In this document: in pieces, positions 9,537 to 18,635 of the stretch | How the letters are laid out: every line of letters starts with the position of its first letter | Numbering within the stretch: the first letter of the stretch is position 1 | Origin: Candidatus Poriferihabitaceae bacterium | Lineage (GTDB): Bacteria > Pseudomonadota > Gammaproteobacteria > Arenicellales > Poriferihabitantaceae | Direction of reading: 5' to 3' | DNA: 64,000 bases | Assembly (NCBI GenBank): GCA_965221795.1 | Contig: OZ244914.1 | Span: 3,130,030 to 3,194,029, forward strand | Translations under genes and position numbers: made by a program | Notes under the pieces: model-generated | Database searches by the model: none | What the model was told of the DNA's origin: nothing | What the model saw: the letters and a program-made list of their open reading frames with translations, nothing else

Positions 9537-11365
9537 GCGGAGCACTCATGAAGCTTTCTCAAACGCTCTATCAATATTCTGGTCTCGTCTTGCCAGCGAT
9601 CACCATCATATTGGTGCTCACATTTTCTGGGTTGATTGATCCGTATCTATCTTACGTTGCCACATCCTGGGTTATCTTTGGACTTTTGGGACTTAGTCTC
9701 GACATCGTCTGGGGCCGCGGTGGTCTTTTGAGCCTCGGTCAGACCGCTTTTTTTGGCCTCGGCGGTTACTTTGGCAGTATTGCTGCCATCAATATGTCGA
9801 TTATGACAGGCAACACTCTAATCTGGAGCTTGCCCATCGGGGCCTTGTTTGGATGTCTGTTTGCACTCATGATTGGCTGGATTATCTTCTATGCTCGCAT
9901 GGGTCCACTGCAGAGCACTATTTTATCGTACACCTTTACGCTCTTGCTTTGGGCGATCATGCAGTCATTCAAAGCCGATGTAGGGACGGCTGTAATTGGT
10001 GGCGATAATGGTATGTCCAATATTCCCGGCATGGTGCTTGAATTTGGCGAGAAGGCAGAGGCACTGGATCCAACCGATGGGTTCATTGTCACGGTAATTA
10101 TTGCAGCCTTGATCTATTTCTTCACCCGTTGGCTCCACCAAAGCACCTTTGGGCATGTAATCGATTGTGTACGATTGGATAGCCAGAAAACCGAACTATT
10201 GGGCTATGATGTCCGTAAATATCAACTTTTGAATTTTGGCTATGCTGGCGCAGTTGCAGGTATCGCTGGTGCATTGTTCGGTGCTTGGGCCAACTATCTT
10301 AATCCGTCTATCTTTTCCGTTCAGGAAGCTCTACTGGTGCCGATTTATGTGCTCGTTGGCGGTGTCGGTACCTTAGCAGGTCCCTTTGTTGGGGCACTCA
10401 CAGTTGGCGGTCTGTCTTTCTATCTTGGCAGCGGGGTGGTTGGTGGTCAAACGACATTAATTCTCGGTCTTGTCCTCGTCGTCCTTGTAATGTTCTTAAG
10501 GAGCGGGATTCTGGGTACTATCGATGTGATCTGGAGCAAGACATTGCCGGATCCAAATGATGCGGCAAGAGACACGAGCAAGGTCAAGATCGACATTGAA
10601 GTTCTGGAGAGCATTCTCACTGACGTAGCGCAACAGACCGAAACTGCTAAAAGACTTGAAACACAGGCACTGGTCAAGCAATTTGGCGGTGTAATTCCGG
10701 TCGACAAAGTGTCTTTGACCTTTGAGCCCGGACAACCATTTTCTCTTATCGGGCCGAACGGAGCCGGCAAAAGTTCATTTCTAAAGACTTGCGTCGGGGT
10801 TTATCCACCCGATGCCGGACAGGTATTGATTGGTCAGCAAGACGTGACAAAAGTACCTATTTGCGACCGAGTGCACCTCGGTATGGGGGTTAAAAACCAG
10901 AAACCCCAAGTATTTGGTGACCTGCCTGTAATGCAGAACCTCTGGATCGCCGCCTATTCGCGAACCCAAGATCGATCAAAAGCAAGGGAAATCAGCGAAA
11001 AGATTTCGCATATGCTGGGTCTTGACCAGCAGGCACAGGCACAAGCATCTGCTCTATCCCATGGCAAACAACAATGGCTTGATATAGGGATGGTGCTTTG
11101 TCTAGCGCCGCGCGTTTTGTTTCTGGATGAACCAGCTGCTGGAATGACCAACGAAGAAACCCGCGAACTTTCGAAACTCTTACGCATTCTTGCCAAGCGT
11201 ACGACAGTGATCGTGATTGAGCACGATATGGAGTTCGTTCGTACTTTGGAAGGGCATGTCACAGTTCTTCATCAGGGTGAGGTATTCGCTGAAGGCAACA
11301 TCAGTATGCTTCGAGAAGATGATCGCATTCTCGACATTTATTTGGGGAGGCATGTCCATGTTTAG
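9533..11365 (+). CDS. fused ABC permease (LivM/UrtC-like) and ATP-binding (LivG/UrtD-like) protein
   Basis: The N-terminal ~340 aa are hydrophobic (GLLSLGQTAFFGLGGY). The C-terminal ~250 aa carry Walker A GPNGAGKSS, the signature LSHGKQQWL and Walker B LFLDEPAAGM. The start overlaps the preceding stop (ATGA). Confidence 0.85.
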   Translation: MSGALMKLSQTLYQYSGLVLPAITIILVLTFSGLIDPYLSYVATSWVIFGLLGLSLDIVWGRGGLLSLGQTAFFGLGGYFGSIAAINMSIMTGNTLIWSLPIGALFGCLFALMIGWIIFYARMGPLQSTILSYTFTLLLWAIMQSFKADVGTAVIGGDNGMSNIPGMVLEFGEKAEALDPTDGFIVTVIIAALIYFFTRWLHQSTFGHVIDCVRLDSQKTELLGYDVRKYQLLNFGYAGAVAGIAGALFGAWANYLNPSIFSVQEALLVPIYVLVGGVGTLAGPFVGALTVGGLSFYLGSGVVGGQTTLILGLVLVVLVMFLRSGILGTIDVIWSKTLPDPNDAARDTSKVKIDIEVLESILTDVAQQTETAKRLETQALVKQFGGVIPVDKVSLTFEPGQPFSLIGPNGAGKSSFLKTCVGVYPPDAGQVLIGQQDVTKVPICDRVHLGMGVKNQKPQVFGDLPVMQNLWIAAYSRTQDRSKAREISEKISHMLGLDQQAQAQASALSHGKQQWLDIGMVLCLAPRVLFLDEPAAGMTNEETRELSKLLRILAKRTTVIVIEHDMEFVRTLEGHVTVLHQGEVFAEGNISMLREDDRILDIYLGRHVHV

Positions 11366-12056
11366 GATCAAGAATGCCACTGGCGGTTATGGTAAAACAG
11401 TTATTATCCGAGATATATCGATTGAGGTAACAGGTGGTGAAATCGTCGCTTTGCTGGGTAGAAATGGCGTCGGAAAATCGACCTTGATCCGTTATGCCAC
11501 TGGACTCATTCCAGCGATGGAAGGTCAGGTCGAAATTGATGGTAAGCAGGCTCCAGCCAGTTCTGCAAAACGCGCCCGTCTGGGACTTGGCTATGTACCA
11601 CAGGGCCGGTTCGTGTTCCCACGCATGACGGTATCGGAAAACATTGCCGTTGCAGCGGAGTCAAATGGTCATAACGGCAAGCATGCTATCGAACAAGCCA
11701 TAGGTGACTTTCCTTTGTTAAAGCCGAAAATCAATGATCTTGCGGGCGGGTTATCGGGTGGTCAGCAGCAGGTTCTCTCTCTCGCACGCGCACTCGCAAT
11801 TGTGCCACGAATTCTGTTGCTCGATGAACCGACTGAAGGTGTCCAACCATCGATAATCGATGAGATTGCCGGCATTCTGAAGCGTATCAATCAGGAACGC
11901 GGCATTGCCATCTTGGTCGCTGAGCAGAATCTTGATTTCTGTCTGTCCCTCGCAGAGCGAGCTTACGTCATGGAAAAGGGGTCCATACGGTTGGAAACCA
12001 ATCGCGAAAACCTACTGGCGGACAAACCCCTTCAACAGCAATTGCTAGGAGTCTGA
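11358..12056 (+). CDS. ABC transporter ATP-binding protein (LivF/UrtE-like)
   Basis: Walker A GRNGVGKST, signature LSGGQQQ and Walker B LLLDEPTEG. The start overlaps the previous gene by 8 nt. Confidence 0.85.
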   Translation: MFRIKNATGGYGKTVIIRDISIEVTGGEIVALLGRNGVGKSTLIRYATGLIPAMEGQVEIDGKQAPASSAKRARLGLGYVPQGRFVFPRMTVSENIAVAAESNGHNGKHAIEQAIGDFPLLKPKINDLAGGLSGGQQQVLSLARALAIVPRILLLDEPTEGVQPSIIDEIAGILKRINQERGIAILVAEQNLDFCLSLAERAYVMEKGSIRLETNRENLLADKPLQQQLLGV

Positions 12057-12147
12057 CATGAATGAAATCACAGTGCGGACCATCAATCAGAAAAATAGAA
12101 TCAAAAAAACTCTGAAAAGCATCCGTAAGGGCTTAGCGCGTTACCCA

Positions 12148-12254
12148 GATGGAAAATCATCTGAACCTATTCACATCTTTATGCCGAAAGTGCTTGATGC
12201 AAAATCATCCGAGCCTATTCACATCTTTCTGCCGAAGGTTCTTGATGAAAAATC
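12148..12254 (+). repeat. 48-bp direct tandem repeat (2 full units plus an 11-nt third start) immediately 5' of and running into the amidase start codon
   Basis: Unit 1 (12148-12195) is gatggaaaatcatctgaacctattcacatctttatgccgaaagtgctt. Unit 2 (12196-12243) is gatgcaaaatcatccgagcctattcacatctttctgccgaaggttctt. A third gatgaaaaatc follows. Each unit carries an ATG in the amidase frame. Confidence 0.9.
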
Positions 12255-13609
12255 TTGAAAGACTTTCGGATCAGATTGCCGCCTTAACTAGAGGTGAGTG
12301 GACAGCTTGCTCCTTGGCTGAGGCCGCTTTGGACCTTGCTGAAGACAAGGCGGGCTTGAATGCCTTCGTTGCGCTTGATCGGTCAGTAGTTATGGATCAG
12401 GCCAAGGCATCGACACAACGCAGGCGGCAACGGGTGCCGCTTAGTCCAATTGATGGCATTCCAATTGCGGTCAAAGACAATTATCTGACCACGGATTATC
12501 CGACAACTGCCTGTTCAAAGGCATTGCCTTCGGAGCCATGTGGTGTTGATGCAACCATAGTTGCACGGCTACGTGACGCCGGAGCCGTTATTTTCGGTAA
12601 AACCAATATGCATGAGTGGGCCTATGGGGCGACGAACTCTACATCAACCATTGGCCCCACTTGCAATCCTCATAACGAAAACCATATTTCTGGCGGCAGC
12701 TCCGGTGGATCAGGTGTTGCGGTTGCCGCCAGAATAGTTTCAGTTGCTCTTGGAAGCGATACGGGTGGCTCCGTGCGCATCCCATCTTCTGCCTGCGGTA
12801 TTTATGGCTTCAAGCCAAGCTACGGCCGTGCGTCTCGACACGGTGTGTTGCCTCTCAGTTGGTCTTTGGATGCACCAGGTCCGATTGCCCAATCGCTTGA
12901 GGACATCACGCTCCTTCTTCCGTATTTCATTGGGCCTGATCCTCAGGATCCCACGACTGCCGCCGCATTACCAATGGGGGAATTACCTGAAGTAGTCGAT
13001 CCAAAATTAATAAATTTGGTTGGTGAAGGACTCGAACGCTCAGAAGAAGTCGGTGAAGCAATCAATAATGCTTTGGCAAAATTGGAAGGAAATGTGTTGA
13101 ACTACGAGATACATGATATCTCCAGTTTTTTTTCGGCTTGGGAGGTAATCCTCCACTGCGAAGCATCCGCATACCATGCCCAACAGTATTGCAAAAACCC
13201 TTACCTTTATACTGATGTAACCCGTACGCATCTTGAGGTCGGTATGCAAATCTCTGGCGTGGAGCTACTAAAGGCTCAATGCATCAGGGCCTCTTTCCTC
13301 TCCCTGCTGTTGATTGATTTGCCGGAATGGGATGTTCTCGTATTGCCAACACTCCCAGTGACGGCACCACGAATCGATCAAGACTGGCAAGAATTCGGTG
13401 GTCGCCGAGTTACCACGCAAGACAGCATGACATGGTTCTGTTGGCTCGGTAACCTTGCTGGACTTCCCTGCATAACGCTTCCGCTGGCGTATTCGCAAAC
13501 TGGCTTACCCATAGGCATAATGTTGATGGGAAAACCGGGAGAGGACGAACGGTTGTTGTCGATTGCACAGTGGTTTGAAAACAGAGTAAAAGAGAGCGGA
13601 TCGACATGA
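12245..13609 (+). CDS. amidase-signature (AS) family amidase (GatA-like fold)
   Basis: GGSSGGSGVAVAA and DTGGSVRIPS motifs plus the catalytic Lys context IAVKDN. The third in-frame ATG (12245) has the best SD (gaagg). The ORF is open from 12149. Confidence 0.85.
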   Translation: MKNLERLSDQIAALTRGEWTACSLAEAALDLAEDKAGLNAFVALDRSVVMDQAKASTQRRRQRVPLSPIDGIPIAVKDNYLTTDYPTTACSKALPSEPCGVDATIVARLRDAGAVIFGKTNMHEWAYGATNSTSTIGPTCNPHNENHISGGSSGGSGVAVAARIVSVALGSDTGGSVRIPSSACGIYGFKPSYGRASRHGVLPLSWSLDAPGPIAQSLEDITLLLPYFIGPDPQDPTTAAALPMGELPEVVDPKLINLVGEGLERSEEVGEAINNALAKLEGNVLNYEIHDISSFFSAWEVILHCEASAYHAQQYCKNPYLYTDVTRTHLEVGMQISGVELLKAQCIRASFLSLLLIDLPEWDVLVLPTLPVTAPRIDQDWQEFGGRRVTTQDSMTWFCWLGNLAGLPCITLPLAYSQTGLPIGIMLMGKPGEDERLLSIAQWFENRVKESGST

Positions 13610-14742
13610 GAGAAAATCCCCTAAAAATAGGCGTTCTTTTCTCTCGCACTGGACCAATGTCGGTCTCAGAAATTGCACATATTCAAGGTGTTCTCTTAGC
13701 TTGTGAAGAAATCAATTTTGATGGCGGTATATCAGGCCACAAACTGGATCCGATTCTGTTAAATCCAGAAGGTCATGACGCACGTTATTCTGAGCTTGCG
13801 GCCGAACTGCTGATCGAACATCGAGTGCTAGCCATATTCGGGTGTTGTCTTTCAAGCAGCCGGAAAGCAGTTCTACCAGTGGTGGAAAGATTTAACGGCA
13901 TTCTGTTCTACCCCTCTGTCTATGAAGGTTTTGAATACTCACCAAATGTCATCTACGGCGGTGCTGTTCCTAACCAGTCGGTTCTACCGCTTCTGGATTA
14001 CATTTTCACTCATCATGGAAAGAGAATTGCTCTCGTTGGTTCGGACACTCTCTATGCCCGTGAGGTGAACAGTATCATCAATGAATTTTTACAGGAGAGC
14101 GGCGGCCATGTGGAAGAGGAAACCTATTTCCCGTTTGGTACAGACGGAAATCGATTTACGTCATTGCTGAAACATCTTGGAGATACAGATATTGATGTAA
14201 TCGTATCTACAGTCGTCGGTAATGACAGTGTTACGCTCTACGATAGCTTCCTAGAAGCTGGGCTCTCCAGTAGTGAACTGCCGATAGCGTCGCTGACGAC
14301 GACGGAATCCGAGCTAGCAAAGATCCAGTTGGAAGCAAGGGCTGGACATTTGTCCGTTTCTGCGTATTTTGGAGGCTTGAGCGGCCCTGCTAATGACCGA
14401 TTTGTCAAGGCGTTTCAGGCAAAGTTCGGCAAGAAAGTTATACCGGGTGTATATAGTGAAGTGTGCTACACGCAGGTGAAAATGTTTGCAGATGCTTTGC
14501 GTCTTTGTAGAGAACCAGATACAGATGCCATACTGAAAGCTTTGTCAGGGCTTGTTTCCAAAACCCCAGGCGGTGATGTTTTCCTAGATACGGAAACCAA
14601 CCATCTCACATTGCAGCCCTATATCGGACGCACTAATCCTGATGGCAGTTTCAGCATCGTCTGGAGAGGGGCCAACGTCATCGCGCCAGATCCGTATTTA
14701 GTTGCTTACGATCGAACTGTGAATAACCGGATGATCGGATGA
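13606..14742 (+). CDS. amiC: AmiC-like cytoplasmic amide-binding sensor (type I PBP fold, no signal peptide)
   Basis: LKIGVLFSRTGPMSVSE ... YPSVYEGFEYSPNVIYGGAVPNQ resembles P. aeruginosa AmiC. There is no signal peptide, the start overlaps the amidase stop (ATGA), and an ANTAR regulator follows directly. Confidence 0.75.
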   Translation: MRENPLKIGVLFSRTGPMSVSEIAHIQGVLLACEEINFDGGISGHKLDPILLNPEGHDARYSELAAELLIEHRVLAIFGCCLSSSRKAVLPVVERFNGILFYPSVYEGFEYSPNVIYGGAVPNQSVLPLLDYIFTHHGKRIALVGSDTLYAREVNSIINEFLQESGGHVEEETYFPFGTDGNRFTSLLKHLGDTDIDVIVSTVVGNDSVTLYDSFLEAGLSSSELPIASLTTTESELAKIQLEARAGHLSVSAYFGGLSGPANDRFVKAFQAKFGKKVIPGVYSEVCYTQVKMFADALRLCREPDTDAILKALSGLVSKTPGGDVFLDTETNHLTLQPYIGRTNPDGSFSIVWRGANVIAPDPYLVAYDRTVNNRMIG

Positions 14743-15338
14743 ATGGACAACTTCAGATCGAAGATGAAAACTTACTGCGCCGCTTGAGGCGCATGCGGGT
14801 GTTTGTAATTCATCCAGATGATGCTGAACGGGAGATGTTCTTGACACACTTAAAACGGATTGGATGCCGGGTCGACAGCGTATGGCCAGCACCGGTCATT
14901 CTCCCTGACTACGTCGATGTTGTACTGTTTCTCGTCAACCGTATTCATGACAAGGGAGCGATCTCATGGATGGCATCCAGCGAAACTATTGCAAAAATCG
15001 CCATCATTAATTTTGAGACCCCACAAATCCTCGCTGAACTTGAGCGACTGAATGTTCACGGCGTGCTTTCAAAGCCGATCAGAAGTTTTGGCGTTCTTGC
15101 AGCCATGACCACTGCCATTAGTCTGGCTAGGCATGAAACTCGTCTTAGGCACCGCATCAATTCTCTCGACAAGACACTCAAAGCAAGGCGGACGATTGAA
15201 AAGGCCGTCGAAATTCTCGCTCAGAATCGTTCGATATCTGAGCAAGAAGCCTACAAGCGGATTCGCGAGAAATCAATGAACTCCAAGAAGAGCATAGCGA
15301 TCATTGCTGATGCGATCGTATCTTCGGAGGGAGTGTAG
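14739..15338 (+). CDS. amiR: AmiR-like ANTAR-domain transcription antiterminator
   Basis: N-terminal pseudo-receiver domain. C-terminal ANTAR motif RRTIEKAVEILAQNRSISEQEAYKRIREKSMNSKKSIAIIADAIV. Confidence 0.8.
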   Translation: MNGQLQIEDENLLRRLRRMRVFVIHPDDAEREMFLTHLKRIGCRVDSVWPAPVILPDYVDVVLFLVNRIHDKGAISWMASSETIAKIAIINFETPQILAELERLNVHGVLSKPIRSFGVLAAMTTAISLARHETRLRHRINSLDKTLKARRTIEKAVEILAQNRSISEQEAYKRIREKSMNSKKSIAIIADAIVSSEGV

Positions 15339-15487
15339 ATATATTGATTCGATACAATCTTCAATACTCTTCACCCTGAAGATTTCCCGAGTCGACAGGC
15401 ATTCTCATGTGCCCAGCCAGTCCTGTCCAGACTCATGCAACGAAAAGAGGGAGTGACGGCTCGCCTGTAGCACCATCAACCAATGAA

Positions 15488-16177
15488 TCATTTTTGATTT
15501 CGTCCATAACGTTCGCGACGTTGCTGCTTTTGGGTAATTCGATCTTTCTCTGCTAAGGAATGTTCAACACTTTCCAGCCACTTCACACACCAATTCATCA
15601 TTTCACTGTCAGAAATGCGCGAAACAACTTGACCGAATTCAAGGCAACATTGTTCAACAGGATCCAGAACACTCAAGGAACTGTCATTTGAGTTGTCAAA
15701 TATTTCCAACTGATCAAACAGATCAACGGTTCGACGCAAATTCGACAATGAATATTTATAGCGTTCAGGAATAATTTTTGGGTCAACATAGTGTCCTGTA
15801 TTCTCCTGAACGCGACGCACCACCCTTTCAATATTAATCTCGGGTGACTTGGTCCCTATATAGATGCCCTCGATTCGATATTCCGCCTGTTTTGCCTGGG
15901 CAACGCGCTCGCGACCTGGACGACCGGAATAGGTACTTTCGATTCCGTAGCTCACCCTGTCAAGCATTGCCTTGGCAACTTCGTTGTTAACAATTTCAGC
16001 AGTTCTTTTCCGAGCATCAATGCTGTTCCAATCACCGATTCCGCCTGCCACCGAATCCTGATCAAAGTAACGCTCAGGCAATATGTCGTAATTTGCCCTT
16101 TTCCATGCACTTTTTCCAGCGCCATTGCAACCCATCACGATAGTGAATACGGGGCGATTGTCAAGCTGATCAGCCAT
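15488..16177 (-). CDS. zeta-toxin-like P-loop kinase / COG4185-type ATPase
   Basis: Walker A VMGCNGAGKSAWKR, then FDQDS, ESTYSG and RVVRRVQENTGHYVDPKIIPERYKYSLSNL. This layout is typical of zeta/PezT-related kinases. Start chosen at MADQLD. Confidence 0.65.
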   Translation of the reverse strand: MADQLDNRPVFTIVMGCNGAGKSAWKRANYDILPERYFDQDSVAGGIGDWNSIDARKRTAEIVNNEVAKAMLDRVSYGIESTYSGRPGRERVAQAKQAEYRIEGIYIGTKSPEINIERVVRRVQENTGHYVDPKIIPERYKYSLSNLRRTVDLFDQLEIFDNSNDSSLSVLDPVEQCCLEFGQVVSRISDSEMMNWCVKWLESVEHSLAEKDRITQKQQRRERYGRNQK

Positions 16178-16372
16178 GAATCTTTGTAGTATCGACCAGG
16201 AATGCCTGCTTTGGATTATCACGGACCGTCATTTTGAAGAATTCAGGTCGGTATCTTTGATAGCGTCTTATTTTTCTCAATGCCAAACTTGAAAAAATAC
16301 AAGGCCACCTTGCATGCAAATTCATATTTCTGCTTCCGGGTTGGCGTTATATAACTCCCCTTTTTTTCTCCA

Positions 16373-18388
16373 TCACTGCAACCGTTTCTTCTTGGCCGGA
16401 TATTGGCTAACTGCCTGCGCAAGGTTTTTGTCAAACTCCCATGGATAGCTAATCACTACCGCATTGCGCAGGGATATAAAGTCGCGGGCATCAAGCAGGA
16501 CACCAAACCATGTCTTAGCGCAGTTTTGGTATTTTCGAACCAGACAAGTGTTGGAGAGATAGGTCTGCGCTTTTTCCGGTGGCATCCGGTTGACCTGAAG
16601 GGTCAGACCCGCATCGAATGCTGACATGGGAAAGCTCATGCCGTACATGTCTTGTGCATTCGGTTGACTCTGCCAGCCATCAATAATAGCGTCGATTTCC
16701 TCAATCATTTCCCCGCCGAATTTGAGCAACATTAATCCGGTTTCGATGGCAGCCGGACAGGGTTGCGCTTCCACCTGTGCAACGATTTTTCCGACAACAG
16801 TTTGAGGAAGATGTGTAAGGATGCCCTCCGGCGTGGCGGCTCCCGGCATTCCCGCACGGCGCGTCATCATCGCGATATTTAGCTCGTGTGTGTCTTGATC
16901 AAGGATGGCCAGCATATCCACATCATTGTCAATCCACAGATTTTCGCGTAAGTGTACGTTGAGTATGGCGAGTTCGTCTGTTGCGCAAATCTTTTCGTGG
17001 TAGTTCACACGACGGTTCACATAGCTCAGAAACCGTAACGGTGTTGCCAGCATCTCTGCGACTACGTCGATCAGGAACACATCCGTGACCAGCGGGGGTT
17101 GGATGCACTGCGTCCTTTCATAATGCAAAAACTGATATGCCTGGTAAGTCAGCGCAGGGTAAGAATCCGAAACAACACAGACAACATATACCTCCTTGCA
17201 CTCAATCCTGAGGGGGATCCGTTCACCACCCTCCAGTGCCAAAACACAATCCTCCGCGAACAAACTGCTTGCGCACTTGAAGCCTTGATCATTTGCGTTT
17301 TGAACCGCTTTCGAAAAATCTGCTTTTGCGTGCCGAAGATCACCTTTTCTAGCCTTGACTGTAAGGCGTTTGGACTTGGCCTGCACAATGATCGCCCGGT
17401 CGCCGTACAGAACCAGCACATCCACTTCGCCTACGATCTGCTTTCCAGATAATAGGTTAACGTTGGAAAAAACACTGTCTCGGCCGAACACGTCCGACAA
17501 TCGCCTCTTGCAGAACCTTTCCGCAAAACTTCCTCGGTGAACGCTATGCGCATCTCGGTAGTCTGGATCGTCGGTCATCCAATATGAAGGGGTCGTATAG
17601 ATCGCCTCCGCTAGCGTGTAGTTCTGAAACAAAAGATAGCGGCTGGCACCCATCATGATTAGTGGTGTGGCCGTCGCGGCGTTGAAATCACTGATGGTGG
17701 TGAATCCTGCATTTTTGCCGCGTAGTGCGAAGGCTTCAAGAACCGAAACGACAGTTTCGACGCTGAGCCCACTTTCGCCTACAACCTCACTGACACTGGT
17801 GACGAAGTGGGGCAGTAGATTTCGATCACTACGGGCGATGGTTGGGGGATTGGACAGTATCGAATCCAGTCGTCGAGCTCTCACGGCAACGATAGCCTTG
17901 GCCACCAGAATCGCGTCTTCAATAACAAACCCGCGTTTGCTTCTCAACCATTCATTATCCGCTGAATATCGCTCTACGGCGAAATCAAAGTATTGGGACT
18001 CATAGGCGGCCTCGGGGCCGTAAATAATCGGTTCGCGCAGAGCCTCCCCCAAGTTGGGTGGAACTGCGGAAAGGGACGGTCTGTGAGGTGCGGAAACAGC
18101 ATCATGCAACTCCTCCATGAGCGTTAATGTCTTTTTCACATACTTTCGAACCAACGCGGGCTTCGGCAAGTCGAGGTCCAAATCACCTTGGACCGCCAGT
18201 CCGACCAAGATGTCGACCTCCCTTCTCGTTAGCACGGCAGGCCCCTTGACCAGAAGTTCAGGAGTCAGTTTGTCATCGGCCAAGCCAACCACATTCCCCT
18301 CTACCCAACAGGCGGCGATCGCGTGAGCATAGCCCGGCGACTGGCAGAGACTTCGCAAGTTATTTAGTACTGCCGATTCTTTTCGCAT
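16373..18388 (-). CDS. 671-aa hypothetical protein with a central PD-(D/E)xK (Mrr/NERD-like) nuclease motif
   Basis: GEVDVLVLYGDRAIIVQAKSKRLT (about nt 17365-17435) fits the D...(D/E/Q)xK pattern as seen in Mrr_cat/NERD domains. AGGA RBS lies 8 nt before the ATG at 18388. No other domain was recognised by eye. Confidence 0.5.
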   Translation of the reverse strand: MRKESAVLNNLRSLCQSPGYAHAIAACWVEGNVVGLADDKLTPELLVKGPAVLTRREVDILVGLAVQGDLDLDLPKPALVRKYVKKTLTLMEELHDAVSAPHRPSLSAVPPNLGEALREPIIYGPEAAYESQYFDFAVERYSADNEWLRSKRGFVIEDAILVAKAIVAVRARRLDSILSNPPTIARSDRNLLPHFVTSVSEVVGESGLSVETVVSVLEAFALRGKNAGFTTISDFNAATATPLIMMGASRYLLFQNYTLAEAIYTTPSYWMTDDPDYRDAHSVHRGSFAERFCKRRLSDVFGRDSVFSNVNLLSGKQIVGEVDVLVLYGDRAIIVQAKSKRLTVKARKGDLRHAKADFSKAVQNANDQGFKCASSLFAEDCVLALEGGERIPLRIECKEVYVVCVVSDSYPALTYQAYQFLHYERTQCIQPPLVTDVFLIDVVAEMLATPLRFLSYVNRRVNYHEKICATDELAILNVHLRENLWIDNDVDMLAILDQDTHELNIAMMTRRAGMPGAATPEGILTHLPQTVVGKIVAQVEAQPCPAAIETGLMLLKFGGEMIEEIDAIIDGWQSQPNAQDMYGMSFPMSAFDAGLTLQVNRMPPEKAQTYLSNTCLVRKYQNCAKTWFGVLLDARDFISLRNAVVISYPWEFDKNLAQAVSQYPAKKKRLQ

Positions 18389-18635
18389 GATGTTTTCCTG
18401 CGATTTGCTGCAGTGCCACAGAATATGGGGGGTTGCTGAGAATCGTGTAAAAATACACACTACCGGCTTAGCCGAAAAGAAGACAATATGTAATAAAGCG
18501 TTCAAAATGCCTTAGCGTAGGAGACCCTACACTCGTCTGGAGTCTATCCGCCTTACAATAATTGGACTAGGGCAATCATGCAAAGCACTGCGGAAAGAAT
18601 ACCAAACACGACTGGAAGAAAAGTTTCAACGTTTG

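Noticed and set aside
12148-12254. Possible CRISPR array.
   Set aside because: There are only two and a bit directly abutting repeat units with no spacers, and no cas genes in the window.
12058-12258. 66-aa ORF immediately after the ATPase stop, containing the repeated SSEPIHIF(M/L)PKVLD.
   Set aside because: Its repeat content is just the second frame of the 48-bp DNA duplication. No RBS or family resemblance was seen. It is kept only as a possibility under the repeat finding.
16243-16434. 63-aa ORF between the nuclease-like gene and the zeta-like gene as a candidate antitoxin.
   Set aside because: It overlaps the 3' end of the 671-aa gene in another frame, has a Lys/Arg-rich composition and lacks an RBS. 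It is probably not coding.
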